Shown: one piece after another, positions 32,595-42,615 of the stretch
Numbering within the stretch: the first letter of the stretch is position 1
Layout of the letters: every line of letters begins with the position of its first letter
IMG/VR virus record: IMGVR_UViG_3300028591_000009
Coordinates: 32,001-96,000 of that record
DNA length: 64,000 nucleotides
Source of the DNA: a virus
Taxonomy: Duplodnaviria > Caudoviricetes
Reading direction: 5' to 3' (one strand)
The notes under the pieces: generated by a model
Seen by the model: the letters and a program-made list of their open reading frames with translations, nothing else
What the model was told of the DNA's origin: nothing
Databases searched by the model: none
Program-made: the position numbers and the translations under genes

Positions 32595-33128
32595 TCACTC
32601 TATCTTTTCTTCTGTTGTTACACGGATCTTAACAGGCTTTCCGTTTACAGTATCTGTGCGGTAGCGATATGATGTAGAAATAATATTATCACGTTTATCG
32701 CCTAGATCTGTAGCAGAGGTATCGACAGGTTGTGCAGGATTATCGGAGCCCTTAACGTTTGGTAGATTATTATATACGTCTTGGTTGTCTAGATATTCGA
32801 GCACTAGCTCACGTTTGCTTACACTCCCGTTCTTTGATATACATACACCAGCAACATTTTGTATAATCTGTTCTGGTAGCTGTACAAAAATGTCGTCAAG
32901 CTGTTTGTCATCAACGTAGAAATCTCTGAATGAGAGGAGTTCATCTGTGCTATTAAACACAGGATTGGTGTAATCTGCTATTTTAGCAGACGCAATACTG
33001 TCCATGAGCATTTCAATGCCTGAACCATCTACAGATTGTTTGGTTACATGGTCGTATATCTGTAGTCCTACGACCGAAACCACAGCGCCTAGAAGTGCTG
33101 CAGCGAATAATTTTAAGAATGTTTTCAT
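32595..33128 (-). CDS. Secreted or membrane-anchored hypothetical protein
   Basis: Signal-anchor N-terminus; CATTTATCAAAG leader. Confidence 0.7.
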   Translation of the reverse strand: MKTFLKLFAAALLGAVVSVVGLQIYDHVTKQSVDGSGIEMLMDSIASAKIADYTNPVFNSTDELLSFRDFYVDDKQLDDIFVQLPEQIIQNVAGVCISKNGSVSKRELVLEYLDNQDVYNNLPNVKGSDNPAQPVDTSATDLGDKRDNIISTSYRYRTDTVNGKPVKIRVTTEEKIE

Positions 33129-33310
33129 CTTTGATAAATGAATTTAGAAAATAATATTATTTGCTATGCCCAGTTTTTAAGGAACTTGGAAAAAACCTTG
33201 ACACTTTTTGTTAGTTTCTTAATTTTAAATACATACAAAAGGAGGATTCTCCCCTAAGAACCCTCCTGTATAATGAATCTCTTATGAAAATAGTTAAAGC
33301 CGCAGGTCGC

Positions 33311-33565
33311 CTAAGATTTAAAGTCTTGTTTGACATGTGCCCGTGCGATATGCACGGACGGTTTAACTGTTTTGACGTAAGGATATTCATGCGTCTCTAC
33401 CTTATTTTCAGGGGGTGGCAGATACGCAATTCTGCTATCAGCATCTTTTTGTTCAGCAAACGGATATTGAATATTTTCTATTATATAATAATCTCCAACT
33501 TCCATTATTGTTTCTGGACATTGAGCTGCTAATATAGCAACAAGATGTAAAGCATTTATAAACAT
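33311..33565 (-). CDS. Hypothetical protein (TAG stop)
   Basis: 84 aa ORF. Confidence 0.45.
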   Translation of the reverse strand: MFINALHLVAILAAQCPETIMEVGDYYIIENIQYPFAEQKDADSRIAYLPPPENKVETHEYPYVKTVKPSVHIARAHVKQDFKS

Positions 33566-33687
33566 ATTGTATGTATTTTATAGTGAAGATTGTAGTATAC
33601 GGGGAAAAGATATATGCTCTTTAACTCGGGTAAAGTAAAAATGGTACACCCTACAACACCACCGTGTTGATTATACTACAATCTTAG

Positions 33688-33759
33688 TAGTCTATAGCAG
33701 AGTCGAACTGCTCTTTACAGAATGAAAATCTGTCGTCCTAACCGATAGACGAATAGACC
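33688..33759 (-). tRNA. tRNA-Glu(TTC)
   Basis: ACAGA-TTTTCAT-TCTGT anticodon arm; GGTCTAT/ATAGACT acceptor. Confidence 0.9.
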
Positions 33760-33837
33760 AGGTGCCCCTCCGCTGAGGGGCTAAATTAAAATCATCATGA
33801 CTAAAAGTAATTAAAACGGATTTTGCCTTCACAGGTG

Positions 33838-33911
33838 TGGACCAGCCTGGGCTTGAACCAGGGACCCTCAGATTATGAGTCTGATGCTCTAACCAACTGA
33901 GCTACAAGTCC
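33838..33911 (-). tRNA. tRNA-CAT (elongator Met or Ile2)
   Basis: TCAGA-CTCATAA-TCTGA anticodon arm; canonical D and T arms. Confidence 0.9.
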
Positions 33912-34463
33912 GTTGTGCTGTTTTCATGGCCACCAGAGGGGAGAGCAAATACCTATAAAGCCAATCTTCGCGCACAGCACTAAGCGTATTATTTAAAACG
34001 TCCTACACGTACTACTCTCTGAAAGCGTGATTTCGTACCCCTCCAAACCACCTCGGACGTATATTGTTCCCACAGTTGCACTTACGGCATACGTTTAAAG
34101 CATCCTTACTACGGGAGAGGTGCGACCTCTTGCGTTAGTTACTACGTGTGTCGATCTTTCCGACATATTTACCACGAGATTTCTATTACGACTGTGGGGT
34201 TGCTAAAATTATACAAGTTCCCTAGGAATTTCCATGGAGTCTGATTCACTCGTATAATTTTTACAACATGCATGCACCCTCTCCCCATTGACACATCTGT
34301 TGTGCACTACATCCTTCTCTCTTCAGACTTAAACTGTCATTATTGGTGGAATGTGCTGTCAGGCCTTGAGGTTTCCTGATATCTGGTGGGTTCTATGCAT
34401 GTTAAATTGAATCTACTATTCTCACGAACCGTAGATTCTAATTGCAAATTAATTATGAACAAA

Positions 34464-34661
34464 TCAAGTGTTGATTCGTTTTAATATTACTTGATACATT
34501 GCGCAGTCGTATCTTTTTTCTTTTATAGCACTATCGATTACACTTGGGCATAGACTATAATCGTTCAAATCACATCCTCGACAACCACATTCTCTTTTAC
34601 GAGCTTTGTATACAGTATTATTTACTGTAATCAGTTGTCCAGGTTTGATAAACTTAGTCAT
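34464..34661 (-). CDS. Small Cys-rich protein (paralog of 36694-36918)
   Basis: KPGQLITV..Y..CxxC..C..C. Confidence 0.65.
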   Translation of the reverse strand: MTKFIKPGQLITVNNTVYKARKRECGCRGCDLNDYSLCPSVIDSAIKEKRYDCAMYQVILKRINT

Positions 34662-35080
34662 TAGAAATCGCTAGATTCTATTATTTCTCCAAGTTGTAAT
34701 CGTACTTGTGGTTTTTTGTTCCAATAGACAGTGCTAACACCATCTATTCTAACAATAACTGTTCTTGTGCTATACTTTACCGAACGTATTTGCACTACTT
34801 CTGCGCTTTGCATTTTTAATGTATTCCACTTCTGTGAAATATCGTGTATTATTGCTTTCTGTACTTTCTCCTTGATTCGTGTAACGATATCATCAGATAG
34901 TACAAAATTCAATACTTTAGGCTCGTACACATTTGCTCTTGCAAGCACCGATGTACTTTTTCCGTTGATCATATGAGCAACTACTATTTTAGAGTTGTAT
35001 TTAAACTCTTCTATCCTTAAATAAGGACCTACTGGTGTTCCATCGCTGATTTTACGACGAATAATTTGACCTTTTTTCAT
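34661..35080 (-). CDS. Hypothetical protein
   Basis: 139 aa ORF. Confidence 0.6.
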   Translation of the reverse strand: MKKGQIIRRKISDGTPVGPYLRIEEFKYNSKIVVAHMINGKSTSVLARANVYEPKVLNFVLSDDIVTRIKEKVQKAIIHDISQKWNTLKMQSAEVVQIRSVKYSTRTVIVRIDGVSTVYWNKKPQVRLQLGEIIESSDF

Positions 35081-35146
35081 CCTCTACATCTATACGTTAA
35101 GTATAAAAATGCAGCGATCATTAATAAGCCAATCCAAAAGCCAGGA

Positions 35147-35527
35147 TCAACTTTGTTGTTTTTGTTTAGTACCATTGATTGCTACAATTTTTGGTTTTTT
35201 ACTTTTCTGAGACTTGTGGCTCAGAATCCACTTTATCGCAATATTAATAGCTTTGCGTTTAGCTTCCCACACGTTTGGCATCCAATTTGTTTTACCGATA
35301 TATTGACGTGCATTCCATCCCCATTTTGGATTACATATCTTTACTGAGAATCCATATACTACTTTACCTTCGTCTTTTCCCGATGGAGATACAAATGGTT
35401 CTGCTGTATTATAAATCTCAATACGATATTTAACTCTAAGAGCATGAATTACATCATCAATAACCTTGTCGAATATATTAATTCTCCACAAATCGAATAT
35501 TTTATAGTCTTTTACCCTATGTTCCAT
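35147..35527 (-). CDS. Hypothetical protein
   Basis: 126 aa ORF. Confidence 0.6.
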   Translation of the reverse strand: MEHRVKDYKIFDLWRINIFDKVIDDVIHALRVKYRIEIYNTAEPFVSPSGKDEGKVVYGFSVKICNPKWGWNARQYIGKTNWMPNVWEAKRKAINIAIKWILSHKSQKSKKPKIVAINGTKQKQQS

Positions 35528-35530
35528 AGA

Positions 35531-35773
35531 TTATTGCGTAATGATAAAATTGCCTTGTATGCTGATTCCAAGATTCTTAGCATTTTCCCTGATAGAGTGT
35601 ACCAATACTTTAGCAGCATTGGGAGTTACGTCTTTACATAACAGCATAGAGCTGTCCCCATCCTTATAGAATACTCTTCTAATAGGATTTATGGGAACAG
35701 ACTCTCTGTTTTTCTTCTTAGGCGGATGCAGTTGGTTCTGGGTTCTTACGTTCATACGCAGTAATATCCACAA
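35531..35773 (-). CDS. Hypothetical protein
   Basis: 80 aa ORF; start uncertain. Confidence 0.45.
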   Translation of the reverse strand: MWILLRMNVRTQNQLHPPKKKNRESVPINPIRRVFYKDGDSSMLLCKDVTPNAAKVLVHSIRENAKNLGISIQGNFIITQ

Positions 35774-36170
35774 TTATATTTACGTGCTCTCCCAGGACAG
35801 CTTTTACTTCTTTTTCGAATTTAGCTATCATGGCATCTATAATCGCATGCTTTTCAGCATACAGTAGTGCTTCATTAATATCATCAGGAAGCTCGTCAAT
35901 AAGGTCACAAATGATTACAGATGCTTCTAACAAATCTTCTTTCGCTTTACGCATCTCCAATTCTGACACACTGTCTTTCAACAGTCGACCTACTTTTATC
36001 TGGAAATCAGATGTAGGGTCAAGAATCATTACATCTACGTGTAAATCACGTGCTGCCTCAACGACGCGTTTCTTATTCACGTCTATTTTGAGAGCTTTAA
36101 TCTGTTTGGAATCCAGTATTGTACCAATTTCAAGCTGAATACCTGCTTCTGTTGCTTTTGTAAATAACAT
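35718..36170 (-). CDS. Hypothetical protein (start revised to MLFTKA)
   Basis: ATG preceded by CATTTATCAAAG leader. Confidence 0.65.
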   Translation of the reverse strand: MLFTKATEAGIQLEIGTILDSKQIKALKIDVNKKRVVEAARDLHVDVMILDPTSDFQIKVGRLLKDSVSELEMRKAKEDLLEASVIICDLIDELPDDINEALLYAEKHAIIDAMIAKFEKEVKAVLGEHVNIIVDITAYERKNPEPTASA

Positions 36171-36218
36171 CTTTGATAAATGTTTAAAGTTAACTATTAG
36201 ATTCACTTAACCCAGAAT

Positions 36219-36527
36219 CTACTTGGGCTTATTTGCTTCGTTTAACATTTCTGTTATCTTAGGCAAATATTGACGGTATTTTTTACCAGTCTTTTTACTT
36301 GTTCGCCAAATAAACGCTTTACCGTTTTTTGAGAGATAAACTGGATACACTGTGCCATCTGATGCCTGGTACTCATATCCTGTTGGAGTTCCTTGATTCT
36401 CTGAAGAATCCTTCTGTACAATGAAAGTTTTACCTTTCAATGTTACATTTTTCTGTGCAAATGCGTTTGATACGCAACATCCTAGCATTAGCACAATGGT
36501 TGCTAGGAATAGAAAGATTTTATTCAT
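36219..36527 (-). CDS. Signal-peptide-bearing hypothetical protein (TAG stop)
   Basis: MNKIFLFLATIVLMLGCCVSNAFA-Q signal peptide. Confidence 0.7.
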   Translation of the reverse strand: MNKIFLFLATIVLMLGCCVSNAFAQKNVTLKGKTFIVQKDSSENQGTPTGYEYQASDGTVYPVYLSKNGKAFIWRTSKKTGKKYRQYLPKITEMLNEANKPK

Positions 36528-36694
36528 TTTTCTGGAATTGATAATTCACGCCAAATAATAGCACAGCAATTCGCAAAGAATGGTAATGACCAAGGATGAA
36601 ATTGTACATTTTTATTGCACAACATGAGAATACCACAAAGAGCATTCATAGCCAGCCATATAATTACGGCATTTTCCTTAATAACCTTTTTCAT
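36524..36694 (-). CDS. Small membrane protein (56 aa, MKKVIKENAVIIW...)
   Basis: Read by hand; start and stop overlap both neighbours. Confidence 0.5.
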   Translation of the reverse strand: MKKVIKENAVIIWLAMNALCGILMLCNKNVQFHPWSLPFFANCCAIIWRELSIPEK

Positions 36695-36918
36695 TATTTT
36701 ACGAGTTTAAAGTAACAATCTTGTAACATTGGCCTATCTTTTGAATAGTATTCCTTAAAACAGAATCTTTCGCATATTGTATGGTAGACTGAAAGATTCC
36801 AAAATGCACATTTATTGCACGGAGGCCAACCTTTAATATTGCCTTTTACAACACGATAAATATGATTACCTATTGTAACTAATTGTCCAGGTTTAAGCGG
36901 CTTTTTGTTTTTGTCCAT
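36694..36918 (-). CDS. Small Cys-rich protein (start revised to MDKNKK)
   Basis: KPGQLVTI..Y..CxxC..C..C. Confidence 0.6.
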   Translation of the reverse strand: MDKNKKPLKPGQLVTIGNHIYRVVKGNIKGWPPCNKCAFWNLSVYHTICERFCFKEYYSKDRPMLQDCYFKLVK

Positions 36919-37294
36919 TCTTCTTGGCGTTTCTGAAATCCTTATGGCATTTGTCTGAGCACCATACAGCCTCTTTGTGATTAGACGTGAAAGTCTTACC
37001 ACAATGGCGGCATTTACACTGGAACTTTGGCACAAAATATGCTCTTCCATCCAATTTCATCTGAGAGAAAGCAAGACGTTCGAAATGACGATAACTCTTA
37101 GTCTTGATAATGCTAACACCAGCTTCTTTGATTACTATTTTAGCATCTTCGAAGCTTTTGTTCAGTACAACAATGAACGAGTGTGCAGGTTTATTCTTCT
37201 GAGCAGGATAAGTTGCTACAACATGTTCAATCTGGAAGTCTTTGAGTGCATTAGATGCTCTCGATACTTCGTTAACAATAATTTTCTTTGCCAT
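36893..37294 (-). CDS. Zinc-ribbon protein ending -KAA
   Basis: CRHCGKTF..WCSDKC; CATTTATCAAAG leader. Confidence 0.7.
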   Translation of the reverse strand: MAKKIIVNEVSRASNALKDFQIEHVVATYPAQKNKPAHSFIVVLNKSFEDAKIVIKEAGVSIIKTKSYRHFERLAFSQMKLDGRAYFVPKFQCKCRHCGKTFTSNHKEAVWCSDKCHKDFRNAKKNGQKQKAA

Positions 37295-37482
37295 CTTTGA
37301 TAAATGTATTTAGTTAATAATGTGAATATTTTTTAAACAAAAACCTGTAATCTGACTCACGACAATACAAGCAGGGAGGCTAACACGCTTCGGCTCGTGT
37401 ATTTACTCACTTGTATTCGATTTACCAGATAGTACTTTACGATCTAAGGGTTTTGATAACCTCTTTGTAGTACAGGTTGGAG

Positions 37483-37770
37483 CTATCTTACAATAACTAG
37501 TCCAGTGGGTTTAAGCATAGCTGCTTGTACTTCTGTTATTGGAAACAAGCGACCCCAGCATCTAGTATAATACTTGGGTTTTATTCTTTGTAATACAACT
37601 CCTTCTACTCTTTCGTGATGCTCACTGATATATTTTTCGTGAGCTCTAGCCACATAACCGCCGCGCGAAGAGCCACACGCAGCTAGGCTAAATCGTTGTC
37701 TTGCCATAATATATTGTGTTAAAATGAATGTGCAAGTAAAAAGGGCGGCTAATAGAATGTGGCTAATCAT
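37483..37770 (-). CDS. Hypothetical protein (TAG stop)
   Basis: ORF; real start probably MARQRF. Confidence 0.45.
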   Translation of the reverse strand: MISHILLAALFTCTFILTQYIMARQRFSLAACGSSRGGYVARAHEKYISEHHERVEGVVLQRIKPKYYTRCWGRLFPITEVQAAMLKPTGLVIVR

Positions 37771-39002
37771 TTTATTTCATATATGGCAAATCGTGCCGCC
37801 CTTACGCATTTTATAAGGTTGCGCTTCCTTCTGCTGAACGCAGTTGTGGTTGATAACCCAATTTCGACTAAAATGTGTTAATATAAAAAGGATGGGTCAG
37901 CCTTTCGGCTGAACTCTCCCACCCTTTGTTAACACAGTGTTGCGCTTAACTACTAATGGTGGCGGATAAACCGTACAGAACACCATATTCGTTCACTGAG
38001 GCTACTTGCATTTAAACTCTCAAAATGCTTTCACTAATTCCAAACATGCACACGCATCTCTGCTTATGTGCACATCCCATATCACTGACGCAACTCAATG
38101 ACTGCAGGCCCACCGTGACTTGTGGGAGGAAATACGCTTGATTTCGTATGTTGCATCAAAATGCCAAGTGTAACAACATTTATATACGACCACACTTGAG
38201 AGGAGTGTGATTACCTAATACTGCTGACTACTGTCGCATCCTTTTTAGGCATACCGTCCAAACACAGCCCCATATTCAGGGTAAGGGATTCCGATTTCCC
38301 CTCGGAATAACAAGGTTCAAGCTATCACAGGACATATCTGTGTTCACTCTAGAGTTAGGTTTATCGCATAGTCTCGCTTTTGGGGTCACTCATATTCCCT
38401 CACATTGTAGTCAATGAACCAGACGGCAGGCATCAAGCAGTACACACTGATAATGTCCAGTGTTGACCTGACTGTTTTTAGCCTGAACTGCAGCCTTAGC
38501 TGCGAATCCGTCAATTTGCTCAGTAAACTCTTTTCCCCCGCAAGCGGTCAAACTCACAGGGTACTTTTACTTTTTGTAGTACATTGTGAATTGATTTTGA
38601 AACAAGAATAACGATATTTCACATTATCCATGTTTAATTTGCACGCATTTTATGGTCTCGTGCTGACAATGAAAAGAAATTTACATATTACCCACTCATG
38701 CCTTACTTATGAGTTGTCGTGTACATCAGGGCGCTACTGCGGCTTGGTACGTGACGTGGGATTTAATATATTAACACATTATCACCAATATTGGGAGGGA
38801 ATGTGAGTAAGTTCAATAGTATACGGATTAGATTCAAACGAAAAGTTGTATGGATATGTGCTATGTTTTCCCTATAAGGTTAGTGAGGAATGTGAGCGCA
38901 TACTCACGTCGTTAGACTATGAATGGCGTGCAAGGTAATAAAAGCGCTCCCAAAGCCCGCATAAGCGGGCAAAGGGAGTGCGTTGTTGTAAGACTGCTAA
39001 TC

Positions 39003-39734
39003 TTATCCAAGCGGGTCGGCAACTTGCTGTTGTCCTGCTGCACCTTGCTGAGCACCTGGTGCTACGCTGGCAGCATTGAACGGATTTTGCTGTGCTGCAC
39101 CTGCTTGAGGCTGTGGAGCTGCTTGAGGCTGAGCATTTGATTCAGGACCTGAAATGGTCTGATACTCTCTTGGAGCCAAGATGTAGAACATCTTCAAGAC
39201 TTGGTCTCTGCGCTCTTGTGCTGACCAACCCTGCCAATATTCTTTCTTGGGCTTGCCAGTAGCCTCGTCTAACACGTATTTTCTCTTTGGACGCGTGTTT
39301 GCGACACCATTGATGTACACAGTCTCAGTGAGAATTGTGCCAGTTGCTGGGTCGTATGCGTCTTCCGTTGGCAATGAATAAATACAATGCAAGTTCAACG
39401 AGTCGTAAGGAATAGGCTTGTTTGTAGCCTTATCTACGACAGGATTGTCTGTTAGTTTGCCGTCAGCTCCTTCTGCACGACGGAAATACACTGCACCTAA
39501 TTTCACAGTGCGGTCTTCAATGACCGCATCATTTGAGTTGAAATAGTCGGTGATGCATTTGTCAAGCGGAAGTTCATTCTGGATGCACTCACGTGCAGCG
39601 GCAATGAATCCTGGGTTGAACATCGGAAGAGAGAAACCGTTATCAGTATTGCGCTCTGATACAGCTGTTGTTGCGAGGTAAACTGAACCGTTAGAACCCT
39701 CGGCAATCTTACAATTTACTAATTTGTACTTCAT
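39003..39734 (-). CDS. Early protein with Q/A/P-rich tail (start revised to MKYKLV)
   Basis: 243 aa; low-complexity C-terminus. Confidence 0.7.
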   Translation of the reverse strand: MKYKLVNCKIAEGSNGSVYLATTAVSERNTDNGFSLPMFNPGFIAAARECIQNELPLDKCITDYFNSNDAVIEDRTVKLGAVYFRRAEGADGKLTDNPVVDKATNKPIPYDSLNLHCIYSLPTEDAYDPATGTILTETVYINGVANTRPKRKYVLDEATGKPKKEYWQGWSAQERRDQVLKMFYILAPREYQTISGPESNAQPQAAPQPQAGAAQQNPFNAASVAPGAQQGAAGQQQVADPLG

Positions 39735-39805
39735 AATCGTATAGTTATTTGGTGAAACATTAGCAAATGTAAGCGAAAAAGAAAGCTGGTGCAGAGCACC
39801 AAGTA

Positions 39806-39994
39806 TTATCCTGCAAGAGCCGTGGAAGCTGAGAATATTCCACCACATCCTGCAACATAGTACTTGATGCTCTTGTTGTCTTCTGAGGATTCCATAAGGC
39901 GAGCAAAATCAATTGCATCACCTTCGTTATCAAACTCACGAACAACTCTGGCGCTGAAAGCGCCAATCTTTTGTAAAACAGCAAACTTTTTCAT
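39806..39994 (-). CDS. Small early protein (MKKFAVLQ...)
   Basis: Protein-like C-terminal part of track ORF 39806-40345, A/T-rich leader. Confidence 0.55.
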   Translation of the reverse strand: MKKFAVLQKIGAFSARVVREFDNEGDAIDFARLMESSEDNKSIKYYVAGCGGIFSASTALAG

Positions 39995-40487
39995 ATCTTG
40001 AATGTAATTAATAAAACATCCAACACGTTGCTTTTGGCTATATATTAATAGCTGCAGCAAGAAGCATAACTTGTGTGGTGCTGCGATAAGGAGAGGATGG
40101 TTAGTCCTCCCTGGTTGTCTGCCCTTTTTGGGGGGCGTTAGCCCTGCTGGGTAAAACAACAGCGTCACACCTTTGGAAGGTGTAACAAACACTGTTTTCA
40201 TCCTGCGTATTGCCGCAAGGCAATAACGCAAGAAGAAATAGTGTGGCGGAAGATGCGCAAGCTCACGTGCCAAGCGAGTTGCAAAGCGGGCGCTATGTGA
40301 CTTTACCCTTACAATTGGGCAGTCGTTCACAAACACGGTCACCAAAACACCGCTTTTTGTTTGGTGGCGATAGGCAAAGGAGGATTAGTGATTGGCAGGG
40401 GGTGGTTTTCATTTCGGCGTTAGCCCGGGAGTGCAACGTGGAGTCTTTCTCCTCTCCGCACTCACACAAAAAATTTTAAAAATTTTG

Positions 40488-40526
40488 CAAAAAAAATAAA
40501 GGAGGCCGATTACTCAGTCTCCTTCT
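40488..40526 (-). terminator. Intrinsic terminator ending the lysis block
   Basis: AAGGAG-ACTGAGTAATCGGC-CTCCTT followed by TATTTTTTTT on - strand. Confidence 0.65.
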
Positions 40527-40716
40527 TTTCTTCTGATCCAGTCAACCATGCAGCTATAGTTTTGTGGTCGTTTAATTCGTTACATATTTCTAATGCCTGT
40601 TCAGCTGTCAACCCTAATTCAGTTATATTTTTGCTTATTACAGGTCTAATTTTCTTTCCACCAAAAGAATCATTTATTTTTTCTGCTTTTAATGGACAAA
40701 AATGTATTTCAATCAT
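40510..40716 (-). CDS. Hypothetical protein
   Basis: 68 aa ORF. Confidence 0.55.
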   Translation of the reverse strand: MIEIHFCPLKAEKINDSFGGKKIRPVISKNITELGLTAEQALEICNELNDHKTIAAWLTGSEEKKETE

Positions 40717-40799
40717 AATTATAATTATCTAGTCCACAATGTGATTTTGGTTCTTCTTCTAAGACCTCCATCTCTACAGGTTCAATGTCACTCATAATA

Positions 40800-41198
40800 T
40801 TACTTTTTTAGTTGCATTTCTGTTACATTTGCTACGATATCTGCCTCTAATCCTTTTCTCAGAGATTCTAAACGGTTTGATACTTCATCAGCACCTTCTT
40901 TACAAGACATTAGCTTTCTAGTCATTTTTACACTACCGATGATAGAAGGAATGAATGAAATCAACTTATTTCTAAACGCAATACATACAGCACTGATTCC
41001 AGAAAGGATTGAAATTACAGTATTTACATCGTACTGATCGTATGCTATATAACCAAGGAGTCCAGCAATCGCGTATTTTATAACTTTTGCTATATTTTCA
41101 AATACTCCAGTATGTCCTATATTATACATATATTTAAACGAGTCAAATAGTTCCTGGGACATATTGCGGAACATCTCGTATTTTTCCATCGAATTCAT
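40800..41198 (-). CDS. Two-TM protein, candidate holin
   Basis: Two hydrophobic helices; directly downstream of amidase. Confidence 0.45.
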   Translation of the reverse strand: MNSMEKYEMFRNMSQELFDSFKYMYNIGHTGVFENIAKVIKYAIAGLLGYIAYDQYDVNTVISILSGISAVCIAFRNKLISFIPSIIGSVKMTRKLMSCKEGADEVSNRLESLRKGLEADIVANVTEMQLKK

Positions 41199-41205
41199 AA
41201 TGATA

Positions 41206-41820
41206 TTATTTCTTAAATATTGACTTAAATACGCTTATAATAGTATTCCACAAACTCTGTTTCTCTACCGTATTTTGTGGTTTAACAAGAGGTTCTGTAG
41301 GTATTTCTGCTACTCCAATTGCTGGATGTAGGGCTGATTTATCTACTTCTATGTCATTTACTACTTCTTTTACGCTTACTTCCTTCTTCTCTCCTAAGAG
41401 TGTTGGAAGCTCTGCTTTTACGTCAAAACATGGGCACATTTTGTGCCAATTTATGGGATTTGGACCCCAAATATCACGGTGTCCGAGAATTTCTGCGTCT
41501 GGGTAGCGCGAGTGTAGGTCTTTTAATACGGAAGAAAGTGCCCTTTTTTGTGCTTCAGTACGGTTGTCTACAGGTCTTCCTTGCCTATCAACCCCTCCAA
41601 TATAGCAGACATTGATTGCGGTACTGTTGTAACCAGCAACTCCGTTTGAAGGCTTGTCTTCTGGCTGTAATTTAACTATTTCTCCATCTGGTCTAATGAT
41701 ATAATGATAACCAGGGGCTTTCCACCGGTTTACGTTCTTCCAATATTTCTGTATTTCTGCTACAGTTTGGGTCTGTGGGCCTGCTGTGCAGTGTACAAAT
41801 ATACGTTTAATCTGTCTCAT
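41206..41820 (-). CDS. N-acetylmuramoyl-L-alanine amidase (Amidase_2) endolysin
   Basis: IFVHCTA, GYHYII, NVCYIGG, GHRD, KMCPCFDV (T7 lysozyme-like Zn ligands). Confidence 0.92.
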   Translation of the reverse strand: MRQIKRIFVHCTAGPQTQTVAEIQKYWKNVNRWKAPGYHYIIRPDGEIVKLQPEDKPSNGVAGYNSTAINVCYIGGVDRQGRPVDNRTEAQKRALSSVLKDLHSRYPDAEILGHRDIWGPNPINWHKMCPCFDVKAELPTLLGEKKEVSVKEVVNDIEVDKSALHPAIGVAEIPTEPLVKPQNTVEKQSLWNTIISVFKSIFKK

Positions 41821-42010
41821 TTTCTTTAAAGAATTCTATTAATGCTGTACGCTTATTTCTATCTTTTATGGGCCCAAATATCCATTCCCAATCGTCATTA
41901 GATATTTCTTTACGTGTTATTATCTCCTGTTTATCATCTTCTGTGAGGTCAAATTCATCATTATCAGCAGATATTATACACGTGTATATGTATGATTGCA
42001 AATCGTTCAT
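41807..42010 (-). CDS. Hypothetical protein
   Basis: 67 aa coupled ORF. Confidence 0.55.
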   Translation of the reverse strand: MNDLQSYIYTCIISADNDEFDLTEDDKQEIITRKEISNDDWEWIFGPIKDRNKRTALIEFFKENETD

Positions 42011-42219
42011 AGTTTTACTAACCTATATCTCCCAGTTTCGTCTTTATAAAACTCACGTTCTCCGCATATATTCTCTATTTCCCTGTTATGGAATCTATTT
42101 GCTTCCCACATAGCTTCTAATGGGTTATCTGTAAGCATTGAATTAGGCATATTTGGCTTACTATAATCTACAACCTTATATTTGCCTATTATGTGTTCAA
42201 AGTGACTCGCTCTTTTCAT
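42007..42219 (-). CDS. Hypothetical protein
   Basis: 70 aa coupled ORF. Confidence 0.55.
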   Translation of the reverse strand: MKRASHFEHIIGKYKVVDYSKPNMPNSMLTDNPLEAMWEANRFHNREIENICGEREFYKDETGRYRLVKL

Positions 42220-42580
42220 CTTTTACTTCCTCAAAATCTACGTATTCATCCATTTTTGTTTCCTTAGCTTCTTCAGCTTCAACTTCAGCTTTTAGGTCTT
42301 CCATAGCCTTCTGTATCTGCTCCTGAGTAGTATGTTCTACCTTAGGCATAAGCTCTGGGTGTAGGATATACTGATTAAAGATATAAGACTGTAAATTCTT
42401 GATGTAAGTATTATAAATACTTAATTTTGGGTTATTTGGCTCTTTTTCTGATAGTTCATTCAGCTTTTTCTGGTATTGTTCTATACGTTTTTGAGCCTCA
42501 TCGATAGTAAGATCAGAAGTATCGTCTATAGATCTCAATAACTCTCCATCGATATCGTATATGTTACTATTAGTCGTCAT
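42197..42580 (-). CDS. Acidic coiled-coil hypothetical protein
   Basis: 127 aa ORF. Confidence 0.65.
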   Translation of the reverse strand: MTTNSNIYDIDGELLRSIDDTSDLTIDEAQKRIEQYQKKLNELSEKEPNNPKLSIYNTYIKNLQSYIFNQYILHPELMPKVEHTTQEQIQKAMEDLKAEVEAEEAKETKMDEYVDFEEVKDEKSESL

Positions 42581-42615
42581 AAAGGTGATTTTTAAGTCTA
42601 TTACTTGTATCTCTC

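Noticed and set aside
29390-33128. smpB, release factor or aminoacyl-tRNA synthetase gene near the tmRNA
   Set aside because: No recognisable motifs in any ORF of the window
39995-40345. N-terminal extension of track ORF 39806-40345
   Set aside because: Not protein-like; a better start with an A/T-rich leader exists at 39994
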